DNA of 64,000 nt from the human T2T-CHM13v2.0 reference genome, Homo sapiens: the NCBI RefSeq assembly GCF_009914755.1, contig NC_060928.1. One strand, written 5' to 3'. Made by a program: the position numbers and the translations under genes. The notes under the pieces are model-generated. The model was not told the origin of the DNA and did no database searches. It saw only the letters and a program-made list of their open reading frames with translations. Shown here piece after piece: positions 1 through 13,518 of the stretch (positions are counted from its first letter, which is position 1; every line of letters begins with the position of its first letter).

Positions 1-221
1 CATGGACCAAGGAATACAGGCAGCCTCTTGATGCTTTAAGACACTAAGTCATAAATTCTCCCATACAGCCTCTAGAAGGAATTCAGATGTGCCAACACCT
101 TGATTTAGGCCATTGTGATCCATCTCAGACTTCTGACTTTGATGAAAGTAGATGATAAATTAGTGTTTTTAAAGGACTCATTTTTTGGAAATTTGTTACA
201 GCCACAATAAAAATGAATACA
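1..221 (+). mobile_element. MaLR LTR 3' part (MLT1, MLT1D-like)
   Basis: 'cagcctctagaaggaa...gccaacaccttgattt...gacttctgac' and terminal 'aatttgttacagccacaataaaaatgaataca' match the MLT1 LTR 3' end. Confidence 0.75.
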
Positions 222-2910
222 TATGGTGATAATTCTTTCAAGCATTCATTCATTCATTAAACACCTGTACTTTGTGTAGTTTCTATTACTTATTCAAAAA
301 TGTATATTCAGTAATTTAAACAGGTACTCTTATTTTCTGTGATGTACATATTTTCATGAAAACATGTAGAATGTATTTAAGATAGATCTATGATATAAAA
401 TATGTCAGCACGGTTATTACAGTAATGATTCTGGTACTTGGGTCAACACAGAACTTATGAATTGTTATAACTATCCATACCCTCTTGCCTCAATGAAAAA
501 TTTGCTCTTGTGCTGAAGAGCCCTAACAGAAAGAATGAGAAAGAGTAGCATCTTTGTTCTTTGGAAATATAGAAAAAAAATGAAGAAATGCTGAAAATAT
601 TGAAGTGCATTGAATCAATGGGGAATACAAAACTGAATGTGTCCACATGTTTAAAAGAAGTAGCAAGATATAACAATGGGTAATATTTTGAGTCCTTTAA
701 TTTAGAACAATATCTAATCTATATTTATAAAGCAACTGGTAATGAACACATATAAGACTATCTGTATTTTCTTGCATTTTAATAAACCATTTTTATAATA
801 ATCAATTGTAATCTTGAGATGAAACCTTGTTTCATTAATATAAAAACTTGCATGGATTCATTTACCTTGATAATTGAATTTAGCAATTGAAATGATGGGA
901 GAAATAATAACAAAACTACATTCTTGCATTCCCCCATCTTTTCTATTTTCTTTTTAGAATATAATCAGTAGCTAGCAAGAAAAATAATTTAACTAAATTA
1001 TTTCTTATTAAAAGAGAGCAACACGAGTATTGTGAGATGTGGAAAAATAAAGACATCACCTCTAATTTTGCTTTAGACTATAAATTGCAATATGTAAAAC
1101 AATTCCATTGCTGCAAGAGATAAAATTGAATAAAAATATCATTAAAAATGAACTAAATAAAACTGAGTAATACAACAAAATTAGACAATGCTTTTATAAT
1201 ATCTCCAAGTAGGAATCTAGTCTATTATTTCCAAATTTACAATAAAATATTAAATTAATGACAGATTTATTTTTCTATGCCAAAATTAAAGAAATAAATC
1301 ATACAATTTTTAAATTGTTAGCAAAGAACATTCCTTGTTAAATGCTAACAATTTTTGGCTTCTACAATGAATCAGCCACAATGATAATCAGTATAAATCT
1401 TGACAATTTGAATTAACTCAATGGCATCATATATTTATTAATAAGTTAAAATGATGAAATCTATACTGTACAGTGCATTGGAAACCAAATAAATTTATTA
1501 TTATTAAATGTAACATTTTCTGATTTGAAAAATTGTTCTTTATTCTCTATTATTGTCATTTCATTTATACATTTGTTATTCTACAACTTACTGGTCACCT
1601 TTATGATTTGTTCAAAAATGAGATTATACTTTAATTTATGTAAGTTTAACACTTCAGTTGCTAGCATATAGTAGGAGCTCAGTAAATTGTAGTCGTAGTA
1701 GTAAGTGTTTTTAATAGAAGTACTTTGGGAACTTGTGTTACTTTTATGCTCTGCTTTATGCTGACCAGTGAGGTTACACACTGCTAGCGTATATTATAAT
1801 GCTTACTATTATTCTTTCCAAATTGTTAAAGTTGTGACAAAATAATCACATGATTTAAGGAAAAGATTAAGACAAAATTTCTTAAAGTTGCAGTTTATAA
1901 AAATTAGAATTCAAATGCTACATGATAGTTTTACTTCATGTATATTTATTTTTCTAAATGCTAATTTAGCATTTTTTCAATTTCAAGCAGATTATTTGAT
2001 CAGGATCACAGCAAATTCCTCAGGATTGAGCTCACAAATCAAGAGAGATAACTAAGTGGACCCTTCATTCACCTGTAGGCCCTACAGAAGATCCTAATTC
2101 ATCACTAGAGAAAAATTAGGTGGCCCATATTACCTTCTTTCCCACTAGAAATTATAATCTAGCTTTTATTTTTGTTCACCCGCTACTACCTAGGTTATTT
2201 TAGCTTGATAATCACCTTTCTAATGAAAATGAAAAAAATAGGAGATACGATTGCTGCATACAGGAAGGCTCTTTTAAATATTTCATTTTATTTGATGCCA
2301 TTAATATATCCATGGACTTCTACACCTGAATGCCTCAGTTTTTATTGAATAAAGAAATAGCTAAGATCCACTATTCCAAAAGAGATTCTAAGGAGTAGAC
2401 ATACCTCTTAGTTGAAAACTCCTTGAACACACTGACACACCTAGACCTCAGGATTATTAATATAAGACATGACACATTATTGGTTTATAAAATTGGTTTA
2501 ATGGAATGCAGACCACATTTTTTAAAATTAGAATAGCATTAAGTACATAAACAACAGCATCTATCCCCTTTTAGACTATTTCTTATGAATTTATTTTAGT
2601 CACACATAGTTGATGTTTTTCTTGAGTCATGAAGTTCTGAAGGGAAAAATCAAACAACATAAATGTATATTCTTGCTTTTGGAAGATATTAATTCCCCAA
2701 CTAGTTGTTTTATTACAAAACATGGCTGATAGTTCATTGGCCATAGACCCAATATACACTGTCACACATTTCTTGACTTAGATATGCACACATTTGTGCA
2801 TATGTGTGGAAAATATCTATCTATGTAGATATATTTGTTTTAATACAAGTAGTGGTCTAGTGTTGTATACAATGCAGGTAAGAGTCTCCTGTATGTATAA
2901 CTTAAATTTT

Positions 2911-3214
2911 GGCAAGGCATGGTGGCTCATGACAGTAATCCCAGCATTTTGGGAGTTCAAGACATGAGGATTGCTTGAGGCCCGGGGTTTAAGTCCAGTC
3001 TAGGCAACATAGCAAGACCCGCCATCTCTGAAAAAGGAAAAAAAAAAAGTTAAAGTTAGTTGGGTGTCAAGTGGCAAAGTGGCAAGTGCTTGTGGTCCCA
3101 GCTACTCAGAATGAGGCAGGAGGATTGCTTGAACCCAGGAGTTCAAGGTTACAGTGAGCTATGATGGCACCACTGTACTGCAGCCTGCAGAACAGAGCAA
3201 GACCTGTCTCTAAA
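2911..3214 (+). mobile_element. AluJ, full-length, old
   Basis: Dimeric Alu with J-type 'gaggattgcttga' in both arms and A-rich linker; small internal duplication aagtggca x2 near 3069-3086. Confidence 0.9.
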
Positions 3215-3589
3215 ATATTTTTAAAAATCCACTTAAACAATTCCACTCTTTATGACTACAAAATAACCAAATGTAACAAGCTTTAACCTTAAAAAAGTTT
3301 GTATTCATCTATGAGATCTTTGAGAGGAATACTGTTTGTGTGAACAAACACATCTGATGACTGGAAGTCAGAGGAACATTACACAGGAAATTGTCTTAAA
3401 TGGATGGACAATGAAATTAGAATAGGCTTAAATTATTTCCATTTCATTTATCATAGGGTTCAGTGATTTCACATGATCGATAGTGCCTTTCACATCACAG
3501 AATAGTTTACAAACATTTTTATTCTTTTTCAGGTACTAGTTTTTGTGTCGTGTTTTAGCTCTATATATTATTTAAAAGAAACTAATAGT

Positions 3590-3815
3590 TACTGATTTTT
3601 AATCATTTCAGTTGGGACACTGTTTTATGAGAATTAGCTTATTTAATCTTCATCCAAACCTATGACATTGATTCTATTATACCCATTTGACCAATGAAGC
3701 AATGATATTGAGAAAGACTAAATCACAAGTCTAATGTCTCATATTAAGGAAGACACAGAGCCTGGATTTGAACTCCATTCTCTGTAACTGCACAGTCTAA
3801 CATTTTTACCGCTAT
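3590..3815 (-). mobile_element. MIR SINE
   Basis: 'tttaatcttcatccaaacctatga...attatacccatttgaccaatgaagcaatga...cagagcctggatttgaactcc' is the MIR core in reverse orientation. Confidence 0.7.
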
Positions 3816-4886
3816 TAAATACTTTTAATGAACATCTCTTGTCTGGTGACATCAGTGTACTTGATCTTAAATAGGAAAATTTTGTGAGAGATGTATTTAC
3901 TTCTGAATGAAAAAAAAGTTATGTCTGACTCTAAAAATACTATTTTTATTACAAAATGTCATGAAAACACAGAATTATTTATAAAATTCTCTTGAAATAG
4001 CTCCATCTAAAGAAACCCAATATTAATATGTTAAATCTTAAAGCTCTACCACTGTGATTTAAATTACACCAAAACGGTTTTTATTTTCCTGAGATATTTG
4101 TCTTAAGGTGTTATATTTTCCAGAAGGCTTCCTATATTTTTGTTCATGCAGTCTTTTGTATATTATTGAGAAATAAATTTTCCTAGCAGTAAATATATTT
4201 CTGAGGTAGACAGTTTCTTAAAAATCCGTAAAATTGTTATTCTCCCAATTTTTATTATCAAGAATCTTTTCCTGAAGATCTATCCCTCTTCAGAAACCTA
4301 CTGATCCTCTAAGTAGTTCATTACTTTTTACTAAAATGCTCTCTTGGACACTATTTAGCAGAACTTCTTCCAGATATTCAGTGTATTATATAGACGATAT
4401 GCACATCTTGCTTATATTATCGATACACTGTCTGTTTTATGATTATTTGTATATTTTCTTAGTTATCTTAGTAAACATTAGTTATAGGGAATGAATATGT
4501 CAACATTTAGAACATCATCTTGCCAAAATGTTTTTGTATTAGTTAGTGCAGTTATTTTAATAACTATGAACAATGTCAAAAGGAAAGAAAGGAGATAGTA
4601 TTTTAAGAAGCTCAAAGAAACCCACTTGTGCTACATATAACAAATGTATACATTTTGCATACATTTTTATGATTAGCTATTTGAGAAATGAAGTATTATA
4701 GACAGCATTGAGACTTTTGATTTTCCCAAAATACAACCATTCTAGTCCTCTCCCTCACTACACAGAAATAATATCCTGAAGACTTTGAACATCACTTCCT
4801 CACAAGTATTTATAATTTTTTCCTATTATGCAGTGACTATAACTTATATAGAGTATATTTTTAATTGTGCATAAATAGTACAATAT

Positions 4887-5233
4887 TGTTTTAGTCTATT
4901 CAGGCTGCTTTAACAACATATCATAAACTGGGGTGGCTTATAAACAACAGAAATTTCTTTCTCACAATTCTAGAGACTGGAAGGTCCAAGATCAAAACAT
5001 TAGTTCATTTGGGGTCTGGTCAATAGATCGCACCTGCCAGCTGTTTCCTTGCATGATGGAAGGAACAAGGAAGCTTGCTAAGAGTCTCTTATATGGGCCT
5101 TAATTTAATTCATGAGGGACCTGCCCTCCTAACCTAATTAACTCCCAAAAGCCCCCCTCCTAATACCATCACCTTAGGGGTTAAGATTCCAACAAATGTA
5201 TTTTGGAAAGACACAAACCACAAGATTATAGCA
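4887..5233 (-). mobile_element. MaLR solo LTR (MLT1A-type)
   Basis: Starts 'tgttttagtctattcaggctgct..aacaa..atcataaactggg' and ends 'gacacaaac..agattatagca'; ~350 bp. Confidence 0.8.
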
Positions 5234-6009
5234 AATAATCTGCCAAAATTTTAATTCAAAGTGTGTTATGTCTCTATGTTGGTGATTATTCTTATTATTT
5301 TATTTCATATTCTTATTTTATTTTTATTATATGTTTCAGGTCATGTATGGAGGAAACAGAATGTGAAATATAATGCCATATTGCATTTCCAACAATAGTC
5401 GAAGGCATTTTTCATTCTAAAGTTGTCTTTTTAGAATATGTATTGGGAATATATTTTGTATATTTTGCTGTACTCTTAAAATAAGGAAAAAGAAACTGCT
5501 TTTTAAAAATGAATTCACTTGGTCATAAATGAAATTTAATTGGAATTTTTTTTACTACAGAGAGCTCCTTTAGAATAAAGGCTTAATTCGTCCAACATTA
5601 TAGAATTGCTTGATCTCCAATATTTTTTAAAAAATATATTTGTGTCCCTTTTCTATAAGAGTAAAGCTGATTTAGTGTCTGTCATACAGAATACTCCATG
5701 TTGTGGGGGAACTTAGAAGCAAATGATGAGTTCTTCTTCACAAATTTGTAAGGAAGTCATGTCTCAGAAACATAAAAAAATTAAAAGAACTCTACTCAAA
5801 GGATAATAGATTATATTTATGTGTGTGACTCAAAGAATCTCATTCTCTTATAAATATATTTTGCAGAAAAAATACAGTGATACAGGCTTTAGCAAGCAAT
5901 GATTCTCCTGTATAGTCAACTAGAGGGGTAAATTGAAAAGTAAGATGTTTCTCTGCTCTGTCTTCAGTCTCTGTTTTCAGTCATCTTCCTCTTATTAGTA
6001 CTTGCCAAC

Positions 6010-6110
6010 ATATTCATTCATTCAACCATTTGTTGAATATATACCATGCAGCATTAGTTTCAGGGTAAATTGATATTGATAGACCACTTCAAAGAGCTCA
6101 CAATGCAGTG
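6010..6110 (-). mobile_element. L2 3'-end fragment
   Basis: 'attcattcattcaaccatttgttgaat...aaagagctcacaat' resembles the L2 tail in reverse. Confidence 0.45.
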
Positions 6111-6569
6111 AGCTATGAGATGCATTGATGTCATCTCTACATTGGTTAAAAAGGTATCTTCCTTAAAACAGCAAATGTGAGTTCTACGAATTTACATTGA
6201 CTACTGAACAATGCACTGTATTTTCTTCTGGGGGCAATAGGGAGTACCAGAGCTCCTAGACTTCTAGATAAGACAACTCCATCCCCAACATTTATACCTC
6301 CATTTGTAGAAGTCAAGAGGGTGCCCCTGTAATCCTCTTGCTTCTGGAAAGTGTCCCCCTTTCCCCCTCTCTTTCCTATAAAATACAGCTACCAAGATTT
6401 GATCTCTAATAATCTCTTTACAATTTCCACCCCTCCGTTTTATGTAGGTCTCCCTAAGCAATCCAAATTCATTCCTGGAACTTCTACCTCTATTTTTCTC
6501 TTTATAAAATGTCTCTGCTACATTTGTCACATGGACAGTAGGGTATAGTTTGCATGGTGACAAGAAGTG

Positions 6570-6730
6570 ATCTAAGTAAGTAGAGTAACCTGTGTTCTAA
6601 TCTTGGATTTACAATTCATAGTGTGATACTTTGTGTCTTTTGTAGACTCTTTTTGCCATTGCAAACTGAAGACAAGAATCACTTCCTGATCACTGGGTTG
6701 TTGTAAGGTAAAAATGAGATAATGAATATG
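6570..6730 (+). mobile_element. MIR fragment
   Basis: 'cctgtgttctaatcttgg...gggttgttgtaaggtaaaaatgagataatg' resembles MIR. Confidence 0.5.
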
Positions 6731-7752
6731 AATTTATTTTGAAAATTTTTAATCACTATTGAAAGTTATAATAATACATAGAATCTTGACAAGTATTAAT
6801 ATAAATTTTAATGACAGAATATATTTGGAGATTACATTCAAGTCTGTAAAGAGTATTATCCTTATATACGTGATACAAACTAAAACATTATAGAATGAGC
6901 CTTTCAAATTAAAAGTTCTCAGAGCATCAGAGATACAACACAATCATTAGTGGAGCTGTTGCAGCTGTTGCAGACGTTTTAATTGGGAAATGAAATAGTC
7001 ATTGCCCTAGAGTAAACTTGACACCTTGTTCATTATCTAAGACTTGATTTTGTGCTATAATTACTTTAAGATCCCATTAAAGTTTCATGCAAACCAAGTG
7101 AGTGGGCTATGCATGTGAATAAAACTGAAATGTGTGATAAATATATCCTACTGATTTGGTTTCAAGGGGATCTGTACTAATTTCAGGTCCTCTTTCATTG
7201 AACACATATGAGTCAGTCACTTGGAAAGAAGGATCAAAACGTGTTTTAAAATAAGAAAACAGACTTTCAAAGTGCTAATTTATGACTTGTAATTAGCAGC
7301 AATTCTGTTTACTCTGTGTGTTTTAGGTCCAGTAAAGTTTGAAACTCCAGTAACTCAAAATCATTAAATATTAATTCAGTGCTTGGGCTAAGTTTTGTAG
7401 GAGGAAAAAGAAAAAGGAAAAAAGAAAAGAAAAATGTGATCTCTGTTGCTAACAAGGTTTCTAGTACATATGAAGGAATAAGAAAGGAAAATCTTTAACT
7501 GAGCTCCAACAGTTTTAAAGGAAATGGAAAGATCCTATTCTATTTAATTTTTATAATTAAGTTTAGCAGAAGGATATTTTTATCCCCCTTGTTAATTCTC
7601 ACACTCCAGCAATCAAGCTTAGGAGAAAGAGATTTTAATCCCTCTTTTGTGAATAAGCAAATTTAGCTGAATGGCTCATATCCAGTGACCATTGTTGGGC
7701 ATTAAGAAAGCATTGTTCAGAATCGTACAATTTGTATGAGACAGAACTGATT

Positions 7753-7753
<1 letters not shown>

Positions 7754-7788
<35 letters not shown>
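7754..7788. repeat. (CA)n microsatellite
   Basis: About 16 uninterrupted CA units directly abutting the Tigger2a terminus. Confidence 0.95.
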
Positions 7789-7793
<5 letters not shown>

Positions 7794-8250
7794 CCTTGAG
7801 CAACAACCCAGGGGAGAAGAGTAGTGACCCCATACACAGTAGAAAATCTGTACATACCTTTTGACTTCCCCCAGTTAACTACTAACAACTTATTGCTGAC
7901 CAAAAGCCTTACCCAATAACATAAACAGTCAATTAATGCATATTCTGTATGCTGTATGTATTACATGCTCTGTTGTTACAACGAAGTAAGCTAGAGAAAA
8001 GAAATAGTTATTTAGAAAGTTATAAGGTGGAAAAAACATAGTTACTATTCATTCAGTGGAAGTGAATCATCAAAAAGGACTTTATTCTTATCATCTTCAT
8101 GTTGAGATGGCTGAGAGTGGTGAGAAAGAGGAGGGGTAATCTTGCTGTCCGAAGGATAATCTTGCTGTCTCAGGGGTAGCAGAGGTAAAAAAAAATTTAC
8201 ATATAAGTGGACCTACACAGACCAAACCCATGCTGTTCAAAGTTCAACTG
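7786..8250 (-). mobile_element. Tigger2a (MER28)-like TcMar DNA transposon
   Basis: TIR-like ends 'ca.ttgacccttgagcaaca' and 'tgctgttcaaagttcaactg' followed by TA; ~460 bp. Confidence 0.8.
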
Positions 8251-8301
8251 TATATATCTATATATCCACATAGATATAATATATACATACATATATATTA
8301 A

Positions 8302-8505
8302 TACACATATATACATACATATACAATATATATTTGTACACATATATATATACATATATGATATATATTCGTACACATATATACATACATATACAATATA
8401 TATTCGTACACATATATACATACATACATGATATATATTCATACACATATATACATACATATACAATATATATTCATACACATATATACATACATATACA
8501 CACAT
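8302..8505. repeat. 35-bp AT/AC-rich minisatellite (~6 units)
   Basis: 'tacacatatatacatacatatacaatatatattcg' recurs at 8302, 8337, 8372, 8407, 8442, 8477. Confidence 0.9.
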
Positions 8506-9384
8506 ATTAGTAATAATTTTAAAAACATTTCATTTACAAACATTTCAAAAAAATTTCAAACATTTTAAAAATATATTAATGAACCAAGGAGACAAATCCC
8601 TGCCTTCATGATATTACATTCTCAGGAAGTAGTCAGAAGTATCCGTAACTTAAATAAATACACAGTATATTTTTTACCACATCTTTGATTTCTTGTAAAA
8701 AAATAAAAGTAACTTTGCATTTAGGTTCCTCCCAACATCCTTAGCCCAAATTTTATAATATAAAAACATTATGTTCAGAATCAATTTTACAGATAATAAA
8801 TGCCACAGGAAAAGCAGAGCATGCATATGAGAGTGATACCTTTTGAGATTTTTAATTTGAGCAAGGTAAGACTTTATGACAGGAGATAGTCTCAACTGCC
8901 TTAGTGCCCATAAATGAAGGCAGAGCTCCACTTTAGCTGAGATCAGTTTACAGTGAACATCATGTGAGCATGGAGAGTGAGTATGTTTGTTGTTGCAAAT
9001 CCAATCCAAATTTCAAATCGCATCATTTTTTCTGTCACCCTCTGAGCTTCCACTATCTGCCACAAGACAGAACACAGGTACATGTCAAGCCTAGGCTCCT
9101 ATAGCTATATTAACTGGTTTCCATCTGTGTTCTCCGGATGCTGTAGCTTGCTTTGTTATCTTTATTTCTAGCTCTGATTTGATATATTTTAAAGAATGAG
9201 TTTTCTTACAGGTAAGTGATATCAGGGTTTTTATATTTCACTTAAGTCCCAATGGTTGATTTGGATTTTTTCTGTTTAAGGACAGGACTTTAATTCTGAA
9301 TTCCCGCAATTAATATCCTTAAAATGTTTGTGCTCAGATATGGCAATAACAAAAGTACTACTGTTCTTGGTTTCAAAGCAAATA

Positions 9385-9968
9385 TTGCACCTAACAATGT
9401 TAAACAGGCAAGGAAGACTTTATTCAATACTATAGCAATAGGGGAGAGATATCAGAATTCAGGTGGAACTCAATTCTGCTGAAACAATGGGCAATAGGTA
9501 TTTTAAAGACTGAGCTAGTGAAAAAGTACTGGAGGGTGCTAGCCTATCTGAGTTTGCTAATTGGCTTCATCCAAAGAAAAACTAATCTTCTTATATCTTT
9601 ATAAAGGGAGATCATTTCTTAAATTGGAGCAAGGCACCTATAACCACCCACCGAAGTTAGGCTCCTACCCTCATACAGAAACTGAGAGAAAAAGGGAAGA
9701 TAAGGGTGTAGAGGGAGAGGAGAGCATTATTTTCCTGAATATTTACATTTCAAAGATATGGATCCTAGGTTCTTGAGAAAGACAGGGGTTTTAAAGTTGA
9801 CAATAAACTTATTAAAAGACTTATATCTCAAAGGGACAAAGACATAATTTACAATTACATGTTTTTTAAAGTAACCACTAAGAGAAGGAAAGTCAGGGGC
9901 CTAGAGTCAGAAGGAAGCTTTGACTAAAATTTAGTCAGCTTAGAAAAATGTTAGGGCCATCTTGCTCA
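9385..9968 (-). mobile_element. ERV1 solo LTR (MER67/MER31 group)
   Basis: Reverse strand begins 'tgagcaagatggccctaac...gctgactaaattttagtcaaagcttccttctgactctaggcccctgac'; poly(A) signal as 'tttatt' near 9420. Confidence 0.65.
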
Positions 9969-10038
9969 CTGGCTACATTTATGCTCCTTTAAAATCTGCC
10001 ATCATAATCTTTAGAAAATAATATCTAACTGTACAATT

Positions 10039-10499
10039 TGTACTAGTTTCCTAGCTCTGCTGTAACAAATTACCACAAACTAAGTAGCTCAGAACAATGG
10101 AAACGTATTGTCTCCCATTTGTGGAGGCCATAAGTCTGAAATCAGGCTGTTATCAGGGTCTTGCTCTCTCAGAAGGCTCTAGAAGAATCCTTCCTTGCTT
10201 CTTCCAGCTTCTAGTGGCTTGAGGTCTTTCTTAGCTTTGAGCTGCATAACATCAGTATGTATCTTCATCCTCACATGGCTTTCTTCCCTGTGTGTGGTGT
10301 CTCCCCTCTGTTTGTCCCTTATTGGGGCATTGTCATTGGACTTAGGCCCACCTGGATAATCAAGAATCATCTTATCTTTATATTATTAATTACATCTGCA
10401 AAGACCTTTTCTCTAAATGAGTTCACATTTACGGATTCTGAGGATTATGTCACACACATCTCTTTTGGGGGCGTGGGGCGCAACATTCAGGCCACTACA
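10039..10499 (-). mobile_element. MaLR solo LTR (MLT1C-like)
   Basis: 'tgtactagtttcctag..ctgctgtaacaaattaccacaaact' to 'attcaggccactaca'; ~460 bp. Confidence 0.85.
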
Positions 10500-11606
10500 C
10501 TGCTTTTATATTTAATTGGCTCCTGTGGACAACAATTTTCTGCAAATTCCTTAATTCTTCTAGAGGCACTGCTCTTTCTCAATGCCCCAGTTTCTCACAA
10601 CCTCTCCCTGAACAAAGGAGAGCCGTATAATTAGTCCCCCAATCTTTACCAAATAAGAATGCTTCATACATACTGTCAAGGAATGGGGGGTATGTAGGGA
10701 ATTATAAGAGCAACTTCAGGATACTTTTAATAGAGATATTTGATTTGACTGTAAACACTTGATATGAATAAAATACTACAATTTTCCACACAGAATTCTA
10801 GAGGTGATTGAAGAATATCTAAGCAATATTTTTTTGGTGGGAGATAGTTAAAGAATACCTCACTACCAGAGGGAAATGGTAACTGAGTTTGAGTTTAATT
10901 AGGCAAAAGTAATATTTTGGAGAGCTGTTCAATGGTGGTAGAGAACATGGTATAAGTAAAGCCAAACAGGAAGAAAAGACTAGTGAGTTATATTTTTGAA
11001 CCACTCAAAAATTTTGATGTTGCTAATGCGTATCATATAATTTAAGCAGATAGGATACTAAAATAACAAAAGTCTTGTATTATTGAAGATTTTCTGTCAT
11101 TTGTTAAATAGAAAAATATATTCAAATATTTGGTTAAATTCTTCTGGTAATTATTTGGATGATTCATTTGAGATTGACAAGATAAAAGTAATGCAGGTAT
11201 TTCTCATAGATACCTATTAGAATCCTTAGTATGACTCAATACTTGTGAACTATACACAGAGAAAAAGATAATACAATTACGGGGACATAGAGAAATAAAG
11301 AAGGGAAGAATTCTCCAAATGAAGAATAGACGTTTAAAAAATTAAGCAAGTTATAGTTTCAATTACAACTGAAAATACATTTTTCCTATTTTAAAAATAT
11401 TATAAATGAATTTTCATCTTGATTAATGCCAGGGATAGGAGTAATTTCTTTATAAATATTAAAGCATAATATATTGCTCAATATAAAAAGAAGATGAATT
11501 CATTTATGTTCTCTGTAAAAGAATGCTTTTGTTGAAAAGTGTTGCCTTTCCATGTCTAATGATAATTTCATTTATACAAGGCCACACTATTAATACAATC
11601 AACAAA

Positions 11607-11979
11607 TGATATTGTTTGGATGTGTCCCCACTCAAATCTCATCTTGAGTTGTAGTTCCCATAATCCCCTCATATCATGGGAGGGACTTGGCAGGAGGTAA
11701 TTGAAAAATGGGGGCAATTCCCCCTTGCTATTCCTGTGATAGTAAGTTCTCATGAGATCTGATGGTTATATAAGGGGCTTTCCCTTTTGCTCAGTTCTCG
11801 GTCTTCTCCTTGCTGCCACCATGTGAAGAAGGAAGTATTTGTTTTCCCTTCTCCCATGATTGTAAGTTTCCAGAGGCCTCTACAGCCTTGCTGAACTGTG
11901 AGTCAATTAGACCTCTGTCCTTTATAAATAACCCAGTCTTGGGTATGTCTTTATAGCAGGGTGAAAACAGACTAATACC
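11607..11979 (+). mobile_element. THE1 5' LTR
   Basis: 'tgatattgtttggatgtgtccccactcaaatctcatcttga' to 'gaaaacagactaatac'; directly followed by internal sequence. Confidence 0.9.
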
Positions 11980-13342
11980 GTAAATTGGTACCACAGAGAG
12001 TGCTGCTGCTATAAAAATACCCGAAAATGTGGAAGACACTTTGGAACTGGGTAACTGGCAGAGGCTGGAACCATTTGAAGGGCTCAGGAGAAGATAGGAA
12101 AATGTGAGAAAGTTTGGAGCTTCCTGAAGACTTGTTGAATGGCTTTTATTAAAATGCTGAGAGTGATATGGACAATAAAGTCAGTGCTGAGGTAGTCTCA
12201 GATGGAGATGAGATACTTGTTAAGAACTGCATTAGCAAAAAGACTGGCAGCAATTTGCCCTGGTCGTAGAGGTCTGTGGGTCTTTGAACTTGAGACAGAT
12301 GATTTAGGGTATCTGCCAGAAGAAATTTATAGGCAGCAAAGTGTTCAAGAGGAAGCAGAGCATACAAGTCTGAAGAATTTGCAGCCTGATGATGAAATAA
12401 AAAATAAACACTCATCTTCTGGGGAGAAATTAAAGCCAGCTACAGAAATTTGCATAGTAATGAGGCACCAGATGCTGATCACCAAGACAATGGGGCAAAT
12501 GTCTCCAGGGCGTGTCGGAGACCTCTACGGCAGCCTCTCCTATCACAGGCCCAGAGGTCTAGGAGGAAAAATTGTTTCCTGGGCCAAGCCCAGGTGCCCC
12601 CTGCTCTCTGCAGCCTTGGGCCATGGTGTCCTGTGTCACAGCTGCTTCAGCTTCAGCCATGGATAAGGGGCCAAGGTACAGCTCAGGCCATTGCTACAGA
12701 ATGTGAAATCCCCAAGCCCTGGCAGCTTTCAAGAGGGGCTGGTCCTGCAAGTGTGCAGAAGACAAGGTTGAGGTTTAGGAACCTCTGCCTAGATTTCAGT
12801 GGGTGCATGCAAACACTGGGATATCCAGGCAGAAGTCTGCTGCAGAGGCAGAGCCCTCATGGCAAACCTCTGCTAGGACAGTGGAGATGAGAAATGTGGG
12901 AGCCCCCACACAGAGTTCCCACTGGGACATTGCCTAGTGAAGCTGTGAGAAGAAAGCCACCATCCTCCAGACCACAGAATGATAGATCCACTGCCAGCTT
13001 GCACCATGCATCTGGAAAAAGCTGCAGACACTCAACACCAGCCATGGAAGCAGTAAGGAGGGAGGCTGTACCTTGCAAAGCCACAGGAACAGAGCTGCCC
13101 AACGCTATGGGAGCCCACCTCTTGCATCAGCATGACCTGGATATAAGACATGGAGTCAAAGGAGATTATTTTGGAAATTTAAGGTTAAATGACTGCCGTA
13201 TTGGATTTCAGACTTGCATGGGGACTGTGATTTCTTTGTTTTGGCCACTTTCTCCCATTTGGAGTGGGTGTATTTGCCCCATGCCTATACCCTCATTTTA
13301 TCTAGAAAGTAACTAACTTGATTTTGGTTTTGCAGACTCATA
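11980..13342 (+). mobile_element. THE1 internal region, 3'-truncated (no 3' LTR)
   Basis: 'gtaaattggtacc...cccgaaaatgtggaag...' typical THE1-int; breaks abruptly at 'tttgcagactcata'. Confidence 0.9.
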
Positions 13343-13466
13343 ATAGATAACAGATATAAGACTAATATAGATATTAGAAAATAGATAAAAGATAGATATA
13401 TTAGTCTATATATATCATATTAGACAAATATAGATAATATTAGACTTTGCAGACTCATAATAGATA
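13343..13466. other. Templated patchwork filler at left rearrangement junction
   Basis: Short-motif mosaic; 21-bp tttgcagactcataatagata at 13329-13349 repeated at 13446-13466. Confidence 0.75.
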
Positions 13467-13481
13467 TTGCCCAAAGAGAAA

Positions 13482-13518
<37 letters not shown>

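Noticed and set aside
2782-2803. 9-bp-stem hairpin atatgcaca/tgtgcatat
   Set aside because: Short and in purine-pyrimidine low-complexity context; expected by chance
8197-8505. ORFs and regularly spaced 35-bp repeats (superficially CRISPR-like)
   Set aside because: Head-to-tail low-complexity minisatellite with no unique spacers, in eukaryotic DNA
12202-13316. Overlapping 140-154 aa ORFs
   Set aside because: Lie in decayed THE1 internal sequence; no intact gene
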